A stretch of DNA of 54,001 bases, filler included, from Catajapyx aquilonaris (GCA_000934665.2; 2 parts of 2 records of this genome joined end to end with filler, not necessarily neighbours in it), one strand, 5' to 3'; positions 37,938 to 51,370 are shown, numbered from the whole stretch's first letter. Numbers and translations are program-made. The notes: a model not told the origin generated them from the letters alone.

Positions 37938-39192
37938 AGACTGATATTAAAGATGGACCGCTATATCTCACGGTCAGCACAACCTTCCCTTACAACAACT
38001 GGGAGAGAAGAGATGAACCGGCGTGAAACTGGTAGTAGACTACGTGTGTCTAATAATAATTGCATAATGAATGTATCGTAACAACTTCAGACCTGTGGCA
38101 TCTTTTAGTTGAGCATTTTAATGTGCGGATGAAGAAGTTCCAGAATTGGATGGATCAAATGCTCGTAAGCCCTGCCACTGCGTCAAAGTAGATGCCTCGA
38201 CAGGGTTATCTTTTTTTACAGGCAAAGAAAAACAAACTCAGGCAGGTCTGATTAAATTATGCCATGTGAGACACTGACCAAGTAGAGCGTAAGATGGTCA
38301 TGCTGCATAATTCGTTGTCTTGTGTCTCAGATGTCATGATTTTAAAACCCGAGGTTGCAGAGAAGCCTTTTCTACATAAGGGTTCACATAATAACTTCAA
38401 CAAATTACAAGAGAGGCTAGGAAGAAACCACTAGTGTTCTATTAACCAAATCATGGGGTTTATCATGGGAATTGCCGAGTTACGGATGGTAATTTGGCAA
38501 TATTCCGGAATCCACAACACTTTGACCCATTAGTGCATGACACGGTCCAATATTCCCTCCACTATCAATCACTTCTGTGTACGTTGACTGACACCAAGTT
38601 CAACATATGTACCAGACACTACACACGGGTTTGCTGCTATAAATTAATTAAGAAATAACATATTTTGATAATCTACGTATGTATGTAAGGCAAAAAATAA
38701 CAATTTTTCGCCTGTGGCAACAGAATTTTGATGGTGATTACCATAGAAACAGGCCTGTAAATGGTTTCAAATTTTGCACTTCCCCGAATTTTTTTTATCC
38801 CAATTTTTGAAGTCCCCTCCCCCATATGTATCTCCACCTTGCCGTGGTGGTGGGCTTTCGTTTTCCCATGATCCTGAAGAGCTATGCCGGCGGTAGTTTC
38901 GTCTACTGGTAAGGGCCGCCCAAGTTGGACAGGTCTTTGAGATAGGAGACAGACTAAGACAGATGCCAGACTTTCCTCTGTTCTTTTTCCTCTCTGTTTC
39001 TCTCTCCATCTGTCCCTCCTTTTTGTATTCTGATAACCACATGGCCATAGTTGCGTGGCTCTTTATTACGCAAACAAACCAGAATTTTTACACCCTTCCA
39101 GTGCCTACATATGCAAGGGAATGAGCAGTTTTGCATTTGATATCGCTTGAGGTCTAAGAAGATTTCGGTGTAATTATCCACGCTCTTCTTTT

Positions 39193-39222
39193 CCCCGTGC
39201 GAAGAACGGGTACCGCTGCTAG
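39193..39222 (+). mobile_element. Helitron-type 3' terminus
   Basis: Hairpin CCCGTgcgaagaACGGG followed 8 nt later by CTAG|T. Similar CGAAG-loop hairpins at ~36980 and ~37034. 5' end not located. Confidence 0.6.
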
Positions 39223-39232
39223 TATTCTTATA

Positions 39233-40006
39233 TAACGGGCCCAGTGCAGTGGTTGAAGACCAACTATTTGCAGGGGAGAAAATTCACCAACCATTTAGCG
39301 CAAATACTGCCTAGCAACACCACAATAATACTCTCTCAATGTTAATCAATATAATCATCATTAACGGGCCCAGTGCTAGGGTTGAAGACCAACTATTTGC
39401 AGGGGAGGAAATTCACCAACTATCTAGCGCAAATACTAGCTGCCTAGTAGCACCACAATAATACTCTCTCAATGTTAATCAATATAATCATCATTAACGG
39501 GCCCAGTGCTAGGGTTGAAGACCAACTATTTGCAGGGGAGAAAATTCACCAACTATCTAGCGCAAATACTAGCTGCCTAGTAGCACCANCATCATTAACG
39601 GGCCCAGTGCAGTGGTTGAAGACCAACTATTTGCAGGGGAGGAAATTCACCAACCATCTAGCGCAAATACTGCCTAGTAACACCACAATAATACTCTCTC
39701 AATGTTAATCAATATAATCATCATTAACGGGCCCAGTGCAGTGGTTGAAGACCAACTATTTGCAGGGGAGAAAATTCACCAACTATCTAGCGCAAATACT
39801 GCCTAGTAACACCACAATAATACTCTCTCAATGTTAATCAATATAATCATCATTAACGGGCCCAGTGCAGTGGTTGAAGACCAACTATTTGCAGGGGAGA
39901 AAATTCACCAACCATCTAGCGCAAATACTGCCTAGCAACACCACAATAATACTCCCTCAATGTTAATCAATATAATCAACATTAACTGGCCCAGTGCAGT
40001 GGTTGA
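39233..40006. repeat. Tandem satellite, 129-bp unit, about 6 copies
   Basis: Unit starts TAACGGGCCCAGTG at 39233, 39362, 39495, 39596 (after an N), 39725, 39854, with a partial at 39983. Confidence 0.95.
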
Positions 40007-40013
40007 GAGCAAG

Positions 40014-40558
40014 GGCATTGCACTTCTTTTATTCACTTTTTGTGAGTACTTTCCTGCACTCTGTAAAAACCAACACTGAAGCCATGATTTTTTTAAAAAA
40101 ACTAGTGCTACTATGTGCAGGGGAGCAAGTTCACCAAACACCTAGCTCAAATACTGACTAGAGCAACATGCAAACCGCTTTTTCATATTGGATTATTGAT
40201 AATTATACTTTTTATATACTCATTACCAATATGTAATGGCATTGCACTTCTTTTATTCACTTTTTGTGAGCACTTTCCTGCACTCTGTAAAAACCAACAC
40301 TGAAGCCATGATTTTTTTTTTAAAAACTAGTGCTACTATGTGCAGGGGAGCAAGTTCACCAAACACCTAGCTCAAATACTGACTAGAGCAACATGCAAAC
40401 CGCTTTTTCATATTGGATTATTGATAATTATACTTTTTATATACTCATTACCAATATGTAATGGCATTGCACTTCTTTTATTCACTTTTTGTGAGCACTT
40501 TCCTGCACTCTGTAAAAACCAACACTGAAGCCAGGATTTTTTTTAAAAAAAACCTAGT
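40014..40558. repeat. Tandem repeat, 225-bp unit, about 2.4 copies
   Basis: Identical translated ORFs at 40115 and 40340; GGCATTGCACTTCTTTTATTCAC recurs three times. Confidence 0.93.
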
Positions 40559-40879
40559 GTTTACCATGTAATTCTCGAGGATTTTGGAAGTTTTGTAATC
40601 CACAAAAGGCCATGTTTTGTTCAGGCAACTGCAACTGCAGTTCTGCAGGCTGATCCTTTCGGGTTAACACTAGCAACACCATAATAATACTCTCTCAATG
40701 TTAATCAATCTAATCAATATTACCTCTCTATAATTAGCACCGGTATAGTATCCGCAGGTACCTAGAACCAAATGATATGTACATAATAATTGTTATACAC
40801 AGTAGGACATGATACTGCTGCTGGTGATGATAAGGAAGATAACGGGATAGAAGTTCTGATTGAAAATCTCACCATCTCC

Positions 40880-40979
40880 CAGGACACTCAGGACCATAAT
40901 ATGGTCCTGAGTGTCCTGACTAGTCCTTTTTCGGTTCCTCGTCAGCATAATATGCTGACGAGGAACCGAAAAAGGACTA
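40880..40979. repeat. Two back-to-back perfect palindromes sharing the centre CATAATATG
   Basis: 40880-40918 (19-bp arms, 1-nt centre) and 40921-40979 (29-bp arms, 1-nt centre), 2 nt apart. Confidence 0.95.
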
Positions 40980-41062
40980 ACCTGGATTCACTGAAAACAT
41001 TGGATTGCAACATTTTCCATTCCCCATGAGCACGTTTCTAATGTTGCCCCCCTTTCATTTAT

Positions 41063-44000
41063 GGGTGGTTCCATTTCAGATCAGCCAGTGAGTGAAAAAA
41101 GGTGTTAGGTTAGAGTCATCGATTTTTTTGAAAAAAATATATGTGAAACCCACATCCAATTGAACTCCTATGGAGCAATCACTTTTACTAAATTAAATTT
41201 AGTTATCGAGATATTAATATTTCTTTGAAGGGGTACCAAAATCAAAATCACGCGAAGACGCACTTTTTCCCGCTTTTTCCATTGCTTTCAATGAGGATAT
41301 CTCGGGAACTGTTCTGAGAACCAACATGAAATTTTAAACTCATGCTTTTGGAATAACACACTGTCATTTCATTCATAAATTTACCTCATTTTATGGTACA
41401 GTCACCTGCAAAAAAAATCACCAATCTTGCAAATTTTGGTCAAAATGCGCATATTTCGCAATTTATTACGCCGTTATGGTAAGCGTGACGGTTGTGCTGA
41501 TTATATTTTGGGATATACTCGGTGACCCCCTCCAGGTTATAAAATAAAACCTTCGTTAGCTCCGCGTGTAGTTGAGATATGCGGGGTGAAATTATGGCAA
41601 CAAGCGAAAACATACATATTTCAAAAATTATTTTCTCAAAAACGCCATTTTAAATATTTTATTTTTATTTTTTATTTTACAAGGACGGACATGTTATAAA
41701 ATGAACTGGTGTCAAAACCCGGTATATATGTTTTTTATACGTGAGATACAAATTTTTGTAAAGTCACAACTTTCGTAATTGTGCTACAAAATGCCCAATT
41801 CAAATAAATATTTTCTCGAAGAAGCCATTTTATTTATTTTTTTAATTTTTAATTTTGCAAAGACGGACATGTTATAATATCAAGTAGTGTCAAAACCCGG
41901 TGTATATATCTTATACGTGGGATATATATTTTTGTAAAGTGACAACTTTATGCTACAATATGCACACTTCAAATAAATATTTTCTCGAAGAAGCCATTTT
42001 GAAAATTTAATCATTATTTTTTGTATAACAAAGTAGCATGAGTTCGATTATAAAATTATATCAAAATTCGGTATATATTTGTATTCAGTGAGATACGAAT
42101 TTTTTTCACAGGGGTGATTTTTGATTCTATGCAACAACATGCACATTTCAAAAATTAATATATGGAAAACGCCATTTTTAATATGCAATATTCTTTTATA
42201 TTTAATAAAGGAAAGACCGGTTCTGTCATAAAATAATATAAAAACCTGGTATAGATTCTTGATGATACGAATTTATGAAAAGTGGTATTTTTGCTTTCAT
42301 TTAGTGTCTTTCAACATCCTTGCAGTTAGCTACTTCTAAAGTCATATTCGATATAAAAAATAAATGTCAACAACTAATCTGGAAACCTTCCATAATGGTC
42401 AACAGAGGGCAAGGGGGAATTAAATGTAAAATGGACCCACTTTCGTGACCATCTTCATGAGTCATGGAATTCATGAAATTATACATCTATATAAAACTGT
42501 AAAACATCGTGAAACCCTCCCCATTATTGTATCAGACTATGCATACATGGGACAGTGTGTGTTGGTTACACCATCGGGAAATTAATATGTATACATATTT
42601 GCTGATGATGTCGATGGTGTCGAGACACCTGGAATGTATTTTTATGGTGGTGGTGGGGGACCTTTCCATAGCCATAGCTATAGCTATATGGAAAGGTCGA
42701 AGTCCCCCCCGCCCACCACCATAAAAATACATTCCAGGTGTCTCGACTACATCGACACCATCAGCAAATATGTATACATATTAATTTGCCGATGGTGTAA
42801 CCAACACACACTGTCCCATGTATGCATAGTCTGATACAATAATGGGGAGGGTTTCACGATGTTTTACAGTTTTATATAGATGTATAATTTCATGCATTCC
42901 ATAACTCATGAAGATGGTCACGAAAGTGGGTCCATTTTACATTTAATTCCATCTTGCCCTCTGTTGACCATTATGGAAGGTTTCCAGATTAGTTGTTGAC
43001 ATTTATTTTTTATGTCGAATATGACTTTAACTGCAAGGATGTTGAAAGACACTAAACGAAAGCAAAAATACCACTTTTCATAAATTCGTATCATCAAGAA
43101 TCTATACCAGGTTTTTATATTATTTTATGACAGAACCGGTCTTTCCTTTATTAAATATAAAAGAATATTGCATATTAAAAATGGCGTTTTCCATATATTA
43201 ATTTTTGAAATGTGCATGTTGTTGCATAGAATCAAAAATCACCCCTGTGAAAAAAATTCGTATCTCACTGAATACAAATATATACCGAATTTTGATATAA
43301 TTTTATAATCGAACTCATGCTACTTTGTTATACAGAAAATAACGATTAAATTTTCAAAATGGCTTCTTCGAGAAAATATTTATTTGAAGTGTGCATATTG
43401 TAGCATAAAGCTATCACTGTACAAAAAATTATATCTCACGTATAAGAAATATACACCGGGTTTTGACACTACTTAATTTTATAACATGTCCGTCTTTGTA
43501 AAATAAAAAATAAAAAATAAAAAATTTAAAATGGCTTCTTCGACAAAATATTTATTTGAATTGTGCATTTTGTAGCACAATTACGAAAGTTGTGACTTTA
43601 CAAAAATTTGTATCTCACGTATAAAAAACATATACCGGGTTTTGACACCAGTTCATTTTATAACATGTCCGTCCTTGTAAAATAAAAAATTAAAATGAAA
43701 TATTAAAAATGGCTTTTTTGAGAAAATAATGTTTGAAATATGCATGTTTTCACTTGTTGCCATATTTTCACCCCGCATATCTCAACTACACGCGGAGCTA
43801 ACGAAGGTTTTATTTTATAACCTGGAGGGGGTCACCGAGTATATCCCAAAATATAATCAGCACAACCGTCACGCTTACCATAACGGCGTAATAAATTGCG
43901 AAATATGCGCATTTTGACCAAAATATGCAAGATTGGTGATTTTTTTGCAGGTGAGTGTACCATAAAATGAGGTAAATTTATGCATTAAATGACAGTGTGT

Positions 44001-44299
44001 TATTCCAAAAGCATGAGTTTAAAATTTCATGTTGGTTCTCAGAACAGTTCCCGAGATATAGGCCTACTCATTGAAAGCAATGGAAAAAGCGGGAAAAAGT
44101 GCGTCTTCGCGTGATTGTGATTTTGGTACCCCTTGAAAGAAATATTAATATCTCGATAACTAAATTTAATCTGGTAAAACTGATTGCTCCGTATGAGTTC
44201 AATTGGATGTGGGTTTCACATAATTTTTTTTCAAAAAAATCAATGACTATGACCTGACACCTTTTTTCACTCACTGGCGGATCTGAAATGGAACCACCC
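41063..44299. mobile_element. ~3.24-kb spacer-less palindromic foldback element
   Basis: GGGTGGTTCCATTTCAGATC ... GATCTGAAATGGAACCACCC; ~1.62-kb arms align up to the centre ATAGCTA|TAGCTAT (42680/42681); ~175-bp subrepeats in each arm; no coding capacity seen. Confidence 0.9.
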
Positions 44300-45186
44300 A
44301 ATATGAATATTAATATATTCTTATATAACGGGCCCAGTGGTTGAAGACCAACTATTTGCAGGTCTGCAACTGTAGGCAGCGATCAGATGTCAATTTAGGG
44401 CAATTAAGGACACAGTCCGACAGGCAGGGCTGATCCTAAGTATTTGTTTCAATAACAACATGTTAAATGCTAATTATTATATCAGTACGTAGATGGAACA
44501 TGCCTGTACAAATATACATGTATCTACGATGATCCTCGTCTATTTCCACAGACCTCTCAACAGGTTTGTTCCTCTCGACCAGTGAAAGAGGAAGTCATGA
44601 TGGATGTTGAGCAACACAATCCGACAGGCAGGGGTCCAATAGCAATCCACAATATTAATATTAATAATAATATATTCTAATATTAATATTAGTTGCATAA
44701 TGGTGTGTTATGCCTGATGGTGTGGTATGACTGATGGTATCGAAGATGTGTCTTTCCAAGAAGCCGCAAACCATGAGATTGACCATCAAGGGTTAAGATG
44801 ATGTCAGACAGTACACAGTATACAGTTCAACACATATGGTATAGTTGTTGCTGTTATACATGGATGAAACAGTGGGATTATCTTTCTGCTGGGAGAAAAC
44901 ATTTTGAACAAAATAATTGTAATGGTTCATCCCATCATCCGCTATAAACTTTTTAGGGGGGGGGGGAACACAATGGCATGATATTTGCCTTATTTATATT
45001 GTTCCAGTTATCATTTTTATTTTCTAAATAATGTCCAGGTTATATTGTAGAGTTTCTTGACTGGCATAGCCTACTAGGAAATAATATTATTGGTGCGACC
45101 ATTATGAGACGTCGATCACAACACTGATGACTCTCACTTGATAATTACAAGCAAATGTTCTCCGGATGACTAACCATCAGGAACTG

Positions 45187-47223
45187 AGATTATATAGGGC
45201 CTATATTTAAAACCGGCCACAGAGTAAATTCATATCACACGACCAACATTATAATAAGCTTGAATGACTGTGAACATGAATTATTGTGCGACTATGCCAC
45301 CCATTATGGCAAGTGTCGATGACAACTAAGATAATTACCATCAATTGATGACTCACCTCTAGAGTATACTGTTATTGGTGTGAAGATGCCACCCATCATG
45401 TAAAATCATGTAGATGGTAACTGACAACTCTTACAAGATTATTGCAACAAACTGACGTCTGGGTGACTTACCATGAGGATATTAAGCACTCTTATTACAG
45501 AAAGCAAGGAAATAATTACTGCAATGATGGGACTGTAACACTATACATCTGTCCCACACAAAATTATTATATTTCCAAACATGAATTATGTTATTGGTGT
45601 GACGATGCCACCCATTACATGAAGTCGGATTGACTAAAGAAGTGAAAACTCACGACCACTGACGACTGTCACAAGATAATTACGGTAAGCTTATAAGCAA
45701 AAAATATTGTCTGGATGACTTACCAGCAGGATATGCCCTCTTTTTTAAAGAAAGCTAGTTGTATTCTACATTAACTGTACAAAACAACCGAAGACTCATA
45801 ACATGTTGTCTGCATCATGATTACCATCAGGGTATATATGATTGTATTATATGCCTTCATATTAAGGATATAAGGAAAGCTACGAATAAACCATTAGTGT
45901 AATGTATTGTAGAACTATAGTACTGTCATCCTGTCGCAGAGCAGATTTGTACTGTATAAGTTTATACCAAAGTATGTAGAAATTTCGATAAGATGTAGCG
46001 CGATGTAGCTACTCGTACAGTACTGTAGTGGAAAGGTACGGCCCTAAGTATGAAAAGAAGCATTATCATACTCTACAGGTTGCGTCGTAGTGACCACTTC
46101 AAACTCTTCCGCTCTGGAACCCCATTGGTTCCAAAAGTCACCCAAGAACCCTGCCTGGCCGCCATTGGCCGCGATGTGGGTCGCTATGCTACCACTGGCG
46201 GCCGCAATCTTTGTGCTCTCAATGACGTCATTTTGGAACAATATTATTGAATTTCAATCCCTCGGCCCGGAATCGTTCGAAATGTGTCCACCATCCTGAG
46301 GTTATTTAGAACCGAATTCTCGCCCGTATTTTGACCATTTTGTAGTCTAAATTAATTTTAAAACAAAATATTAAAATTTTGTCAGGCGACTTTCAGAACA
46401 CAGTGGTTCCGTCGTCGGTCCGTCCGAACAATAATGATCCCAGACAGGTACCGCCCCCTGGCAGTCGATCGAGGCTTGCTCGGCCAGATTCGAACGTTCA
46501 AAATCCAAATTTTAAGTTGCTTGACACTTTAAAAAACGGCTGCATAATGAGAGCTCATACCTTCATCATAAATTCCGTGCCCCAAGATTCATCCGTGGTG
46601 AAATATGCACGCAAATCCGTCACTTCCAACAAGAGTAACGAGAAGTATCTGGCCCTTGTGCCCGTTTTGTACCGGTACCATTGAAGTACACCGGTACGCG
46701 TAACATTGGACACCCTTCCCCTCCCCCCACTCGTCCCCAATCTGACCTTCTTTGCCTTACGGTCTGGTAGTTGTGGACGAGACAACGGGGTTGGCATTGT
46801 TTGCGTGCCTGTTTGACGAGATGCCATCATCTCCTCTTTCTCGTCTTCGTGGGTCCATCTCGTCCTCCCGGGAGACATTACATACTTGATCCTTCTGCTT
46901 GATGTACAGAGTAAAAAAAGCAGGGAGCCGATGATGTGGACAAAACGCCGAACTGACCAACTCACACCCGCCGACAGACACGTCCATACAGCGAGCGCGT
47001 TCCAAATGGAATGGGCTAGCAACCATAGCAACCGCTTCTGTGGCCTGGGTCAACAGGGGGTCAACGACCGCTCCAATGGTGCCAACATCGCGTTCGAACA
47101 TTATTGCAATAACATTTCGGCCCGAATTCGAATCCAAATGCGATTTAAATGCTACTAAATAGCAAAAAAATATATTATAATTCTATGATATATTTAAACC
47201 TATTTAAACCTATTTATAGCTTC
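45187..47223 (+). repeat. ~2-kb duplicated segment, copy 1
   Basis: Collinear with 48603-50538; paralogous short ORFs 46050/49404, 46379/49713, 46886/50106. Confidence 0.88.
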
Positions 47224-47718
47224 TGCCCTCTGTTCGATTAAGATACGCCCGTAGATGCGAATACTATAGGCCTACACAAGAACTTAACGAAAATATACGA
47301 AAAATTAAATAGTGGATATTTCCTTAGAAGTAGGGCCTATTCATTGTAGGCCTGCTCAAAGGTGGGCACAGTTCTCTAACAGCTGATCAGCTAACTACAA
47401 AAAATTGGATTTGCTAAATAGCTATTGCTAAATGGCTAGAAAATTAGTTAAAGCTAATGCTAACTGCTAACAGCTAACTTCCCTTTTATTTTGCTCCATG
47501 ACCCTTAAAAAACAGACCTAAGCTGATAAAGCCTACTATCCGTTTATTTAATATAGCGCCCTGTGTTTGACTCTAAACAACTCCCAGGCAAATTATGCAA
47601 AAAAATAATAGTATGCATCGTGAGAAAGCTTCTTTAAATCCACGTTACATAATTATATACGTGAGTTCAGTGTTTTCCAATCGTCAGTCTCTAATCTTTT
47701 ATCGTAGAAAGAAGGCGG

Positions 47719-47968
47719 AAAAGTGTCATTTTTTGACTAGTTGCCGATGTTACACCGCAAAGTGAATTTTTTATGACACTTTGAGGAGGCCAAAAAATCC
47801 CCTTGTGAACCCTGGATAGTGCACATCTTTGTCTATCTAATGATATTATTTGAAACATTGAGATCGCCATTTCTGTAATCATAATTAAGTTAATTCCACG
47901 CCTCTGTTATCTCGGATGTTTTTAATCCGAATTACTTCGCGAATGTATCGACGGCAAGCCAGAAATGT
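47719..47968 (+). mobile_element. Single arm of the 33954-34618 foldback family
   Basis: AAAGTGTCATTTTTTGACTAGTTGCCGATGTTAC ... GAATGTATCGACGGCAAGCCAGAAATGT. Confidence 0.8.
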
Positions 47969-48517
47969 TCATAATGAACTGTCCCTGACCAAATTAGATT
48001 ATTCACCAACATGAACTATGTTATCCGTGGTACGATGCCACTCATGATATGGAGATGGATTGTTCATAACATCATGAGGCAAGAACATATGAGACAAAAA
48101 TGACCACTGGCAACGACTCTCTCAAGATAATCACGGTACAAGGAAATATTGTCTGGACAACTACTATCAGAATAATATGCCCTCTTTTTCCAAAATGATG
48201 GTGAAATATAGTTAGTGTCATTGCGGGATAATATTCATAATGAACTGTCCCTGACCAAATTATATTATTCACCAACATGAACTTTGTTATCGGTGGGACC
48301 ATGCCACTCATGATATGGCTCCAGATGGATTGTCCATGAGGCAGGAACATATTATGAGACAAAAATGACCACTGGCAACGACTCTCTCAAGATAATCTCT
48401 GTACAAGCAAATATTGTCTGGATGACAACTATCAGGTTAATATGCCCTCATTTTAAAGTTAGCTAGTTAAAAATAATTAGTGTCATTGCGGGATAATATT
48501 CATAATGAACTGTCCCT
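47968..48517. repeat. Tandem ~266-bp units of an old satellite
   Basis: TTCATAATGAACTGTCCCT at 47968, 48234 and 48499; more diverged relatives at about 45070-45750. Confidence 0.85.
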
Positions 48518-48602
48518 CTCTCTTATTATCTCTTATTAAAGGAAGCTAAGAAAAATCATGGGTATAATTGCGGGACTATAACACTCAGCAACTGAAAGAC
48601 AG

Positions 48603-50538
48603 GAGATTATTGGGCCTCTATTTACAACTGGATACAGAGTAAATTCATATCACACGACCAACATAATTATAATAAGCTTGAATGACTGTGAACATGAATT
48701 ATTGTGCAAATATGCCACCCATCATGGCAAAGTGTCGATGACAACTAAGATACGCGTACTTATCACCAAATGATGGCTCACCTTTAGAGTATTATTCTGT
48801 CAAATTGCAAGAGAACTTGGAAAAATAATCATGTTGTAATTATTGTGTGACTATAATTCTATACACCCATAGCACTGAAGCTTGATTACAGGTTTACAAC
48901 GTGCCAGAGGTTCACATCAGATGAGCATAATTATATTATGCTTATATAGGGCTGTGAACGTTAATTACTGAGCAAATTCTAGCAAATGTCCAACACATCT
49001 CATCAATGTAGAAGACACCGAAGATTCTCACATGATGTTGTCTGCATGTTTTACCATCAGGGTATTATGCCCTCATTAAAGAAAGCTAGGAAAAATCCTT
49101 AGTGTAATGTATTGTGGAACTCTAATACTATGAAACTGTCCCACAGCAGATATATACTGTATAAGTTTATACCAAGTATGTAGAAATCTCGGTAAGAAGA
49201 TGTAGCGCGATGTAGCTACTCGTATAGTACTGTACATTACTGTAAAGAGGTACTAGCCTAAGCGAGCCTAAGGGCCGGTTTCACCGAGCTCAGTATATGA
49301 TAAAACCAGGGTATTTCTCAAAATCCCTATCTATTTGTATGGATTTTCCTAAAGAAACCTGGTTTTATCATACACCAAGCTCGGTGAAACCGGCCCTAAG
49401 TGTATGAAAAGAAGCATTATCGTACTCTACAGCTTGCGTTGTAATGACCTCTTCAAACTCTTCCGCTCTGGAACCCAATTGGTTCCAAAAGTCACCCCAG
49501 AACACTGTCTGACTGCCATTGGTCGCGATCTGGGTCGCCAGGGCCGCCATCTTTGTCCTCTCAATGACGTCATTTTGGAACAATATTATTGACTTTCATT
49601 CCCTGGGCCCGGGATCGTTCGAAATGTGTCCACCATCCTGAGATTACTTAGAACCGAATTCTCGCCCAATTTTTGACCATTTTGTAATTAGTTGTAGAAC
49701 AAAATATTACAATTGCGTCAGGCGACTTATTTCAGAACACAGTGGTTCCGAACAATAATGATCCCAGACAGGTATATGCCCCCTGGCAGGCGATCGAGGC
49801 TTGCTCGGCCAGATTCGAACGTTCAAAATCCAAATTTTAAGTTGCTTGACACTTTAAAAAACGGCTGCATAATGAGAGCTCATATACCTTCATCATAAAT
49901 TCCGCGCCACAAGATTCATCCGTGGTGAAAGATGCACGCAAATCCGTCACTTCTAACAAGAGTAACGAGACGTATCTGGCCCTTATTGTGCCGAATTACG
50001 GTCGTTTTGTACCATTGAAGTACACCGGTACACTCAACATTCGACACACCCCCCCCCCCCCCCCNNNNCCCCCCCCCCCCCCACTCCTCCCCAATCTGAC
50101 CTTCTTTGCCTTACGGCCTGTTTGACGAGATGCCATCATCTCTTCTTTCTCGCCTTCGTGGGTCCATCTCGTCCTCCCGGGAGACATGCGATACATGCTT
50201 GATCCTTCTGCTTGATGTACACAGTAAAAAAAGCAGGGAGCCGATGATGTGGATAAAACGCAGAACTGACCAACTCACACCCGCCGACAGACACGTCCAT
50301 ACAGCGAGCGCGTTCCAAATGGAATGGGCTAGCAACCATAGCAACCGCTTTTGTGGCCGGGGTCAACAGGAGGTCAACGACCGCTCCAATGGTGCCACCA
50401 TTGCGTTTGAACATTATTGCAATAACATTTCGGCTCCGAATTCGAATCCAAATGCGATTTAAATGCTACTAAATAGCAAAAAATATATATTATAATTCTA
50501 TGATATATTTAAACCGATATAAACCTATTTATAGCTTC
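48603..50538 (+). repeat. ~2-kb duplicated segment, copy 2
   Basis: See 45187-47223; this copy carries an extra MITE. Confidence 0.88.
49272..49396. mobile_element. Tourist/Harbinger-like MITE (125 bp, TAA TSD)
   Basis: TAA|GGGCCGGTTTCACCGAGCT ... AGCTCGGTGAAACCGGCCC|TAA; absent from the paralogous site near 46040. Confidence 0.9.
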
Positions 50539-50616
50539 GAATCCTGTCGAAATAAATCTGTGGGACGACTTGGAACAAAAAGTAAAACTCAGACACAGAC
50601 ATTCCACCATCTCGCC

Positions 50617-50763
50617 CAAGGGGTAATCACTCGACTGAAAAGTGTACACTGGAGTACCAAATTCAAGGAGTACCAAGGAGTAATAAAGAGTGAGGTGCCT
50701 GAGGAGTACCAGGGAGTACCACTCCCAGGTGTACACCGGAGTACCGAAGTGATTACCCCCTTG
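50617..50763. mobile_element. P-element/hAT-like MITE (147 bp, 8-bp TSD ATCTCGCC)
   Basis: ATCTCGCC|CAAGGGGTAATCACT ... AGTGATTACCCCCTTG|ATCTCGCC; internal GGAGTACC repeats. Confidence 0.85.
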
Positions 50764-51370
50764 ATCTCGCCGAACTTTGGGAACAGCTTATTACCTATAG
50801 TGACTTCACATTGATGTCATATCCGTAGGCTGCCCTATACTTGTGGAGCCCATGTCGAAGAGAATAAAATTATTACTGAGCAATTATTCGGTCGAAGCAA
50901 GGAATAACACGATATTAGGTAAGCTGTGCTAGTGAGGTCTCATTTTTTCCCCCTTTGTGTCAATTTCCTAATAAGTATGTGCTCAGATTAAGAACTAATG
51001 CCTTTGTACCGCTATTATTTTCATCGTAGGCTATAATCGCTATATTATATTTGCACCGATTTGCACCGGGGAGTAGGCCTGTTTTCACGGACATTTCCGA
51101 GTGAGAGTGAGAGGTAGGAGTAAGCAAGGTGCATGTAGCATTTGAGTTTCTCCGTGATCAAATTCATCCCTCACTTAATAATATGTTCACAGCACTGGAC
51201 CACGAAGCGGGTGGGCGGTTTTTTCAGCGAACAATGGCGATGATCCCTTTAGTCTTTCGTTGGAAGAAGGAGACTGAAGGAAGGTACTGCACAGGGTGAC
51301 ATGCATGCTGACGAGATCCTCACCGAAGCCTCTGCAGGACCAGGTACCAGGTACTATATCGCTCAAAAAG

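Noticed and set aside
39233..40006. Regular repeats as a CRISPR array
   Set aside because: Whole 129-bp units repeat with no unique spacers, there are no cas genes, and the context is eukaryotic.
41063..44299. Giant palindrome as a sequencing or amplification fold-back artefact, or as a viral hairpin genome
   Set aside because: The arms differ by many substitutions and indels, and there is no NS1/Rep, polymerase or capsid ORF.
46044..50462. Paralogous short ORFs as a duplicated gene cluster
   Set aside because: Frames, starts and lengths differ between the copies, both strands are equally open, and no domains are recognisable.
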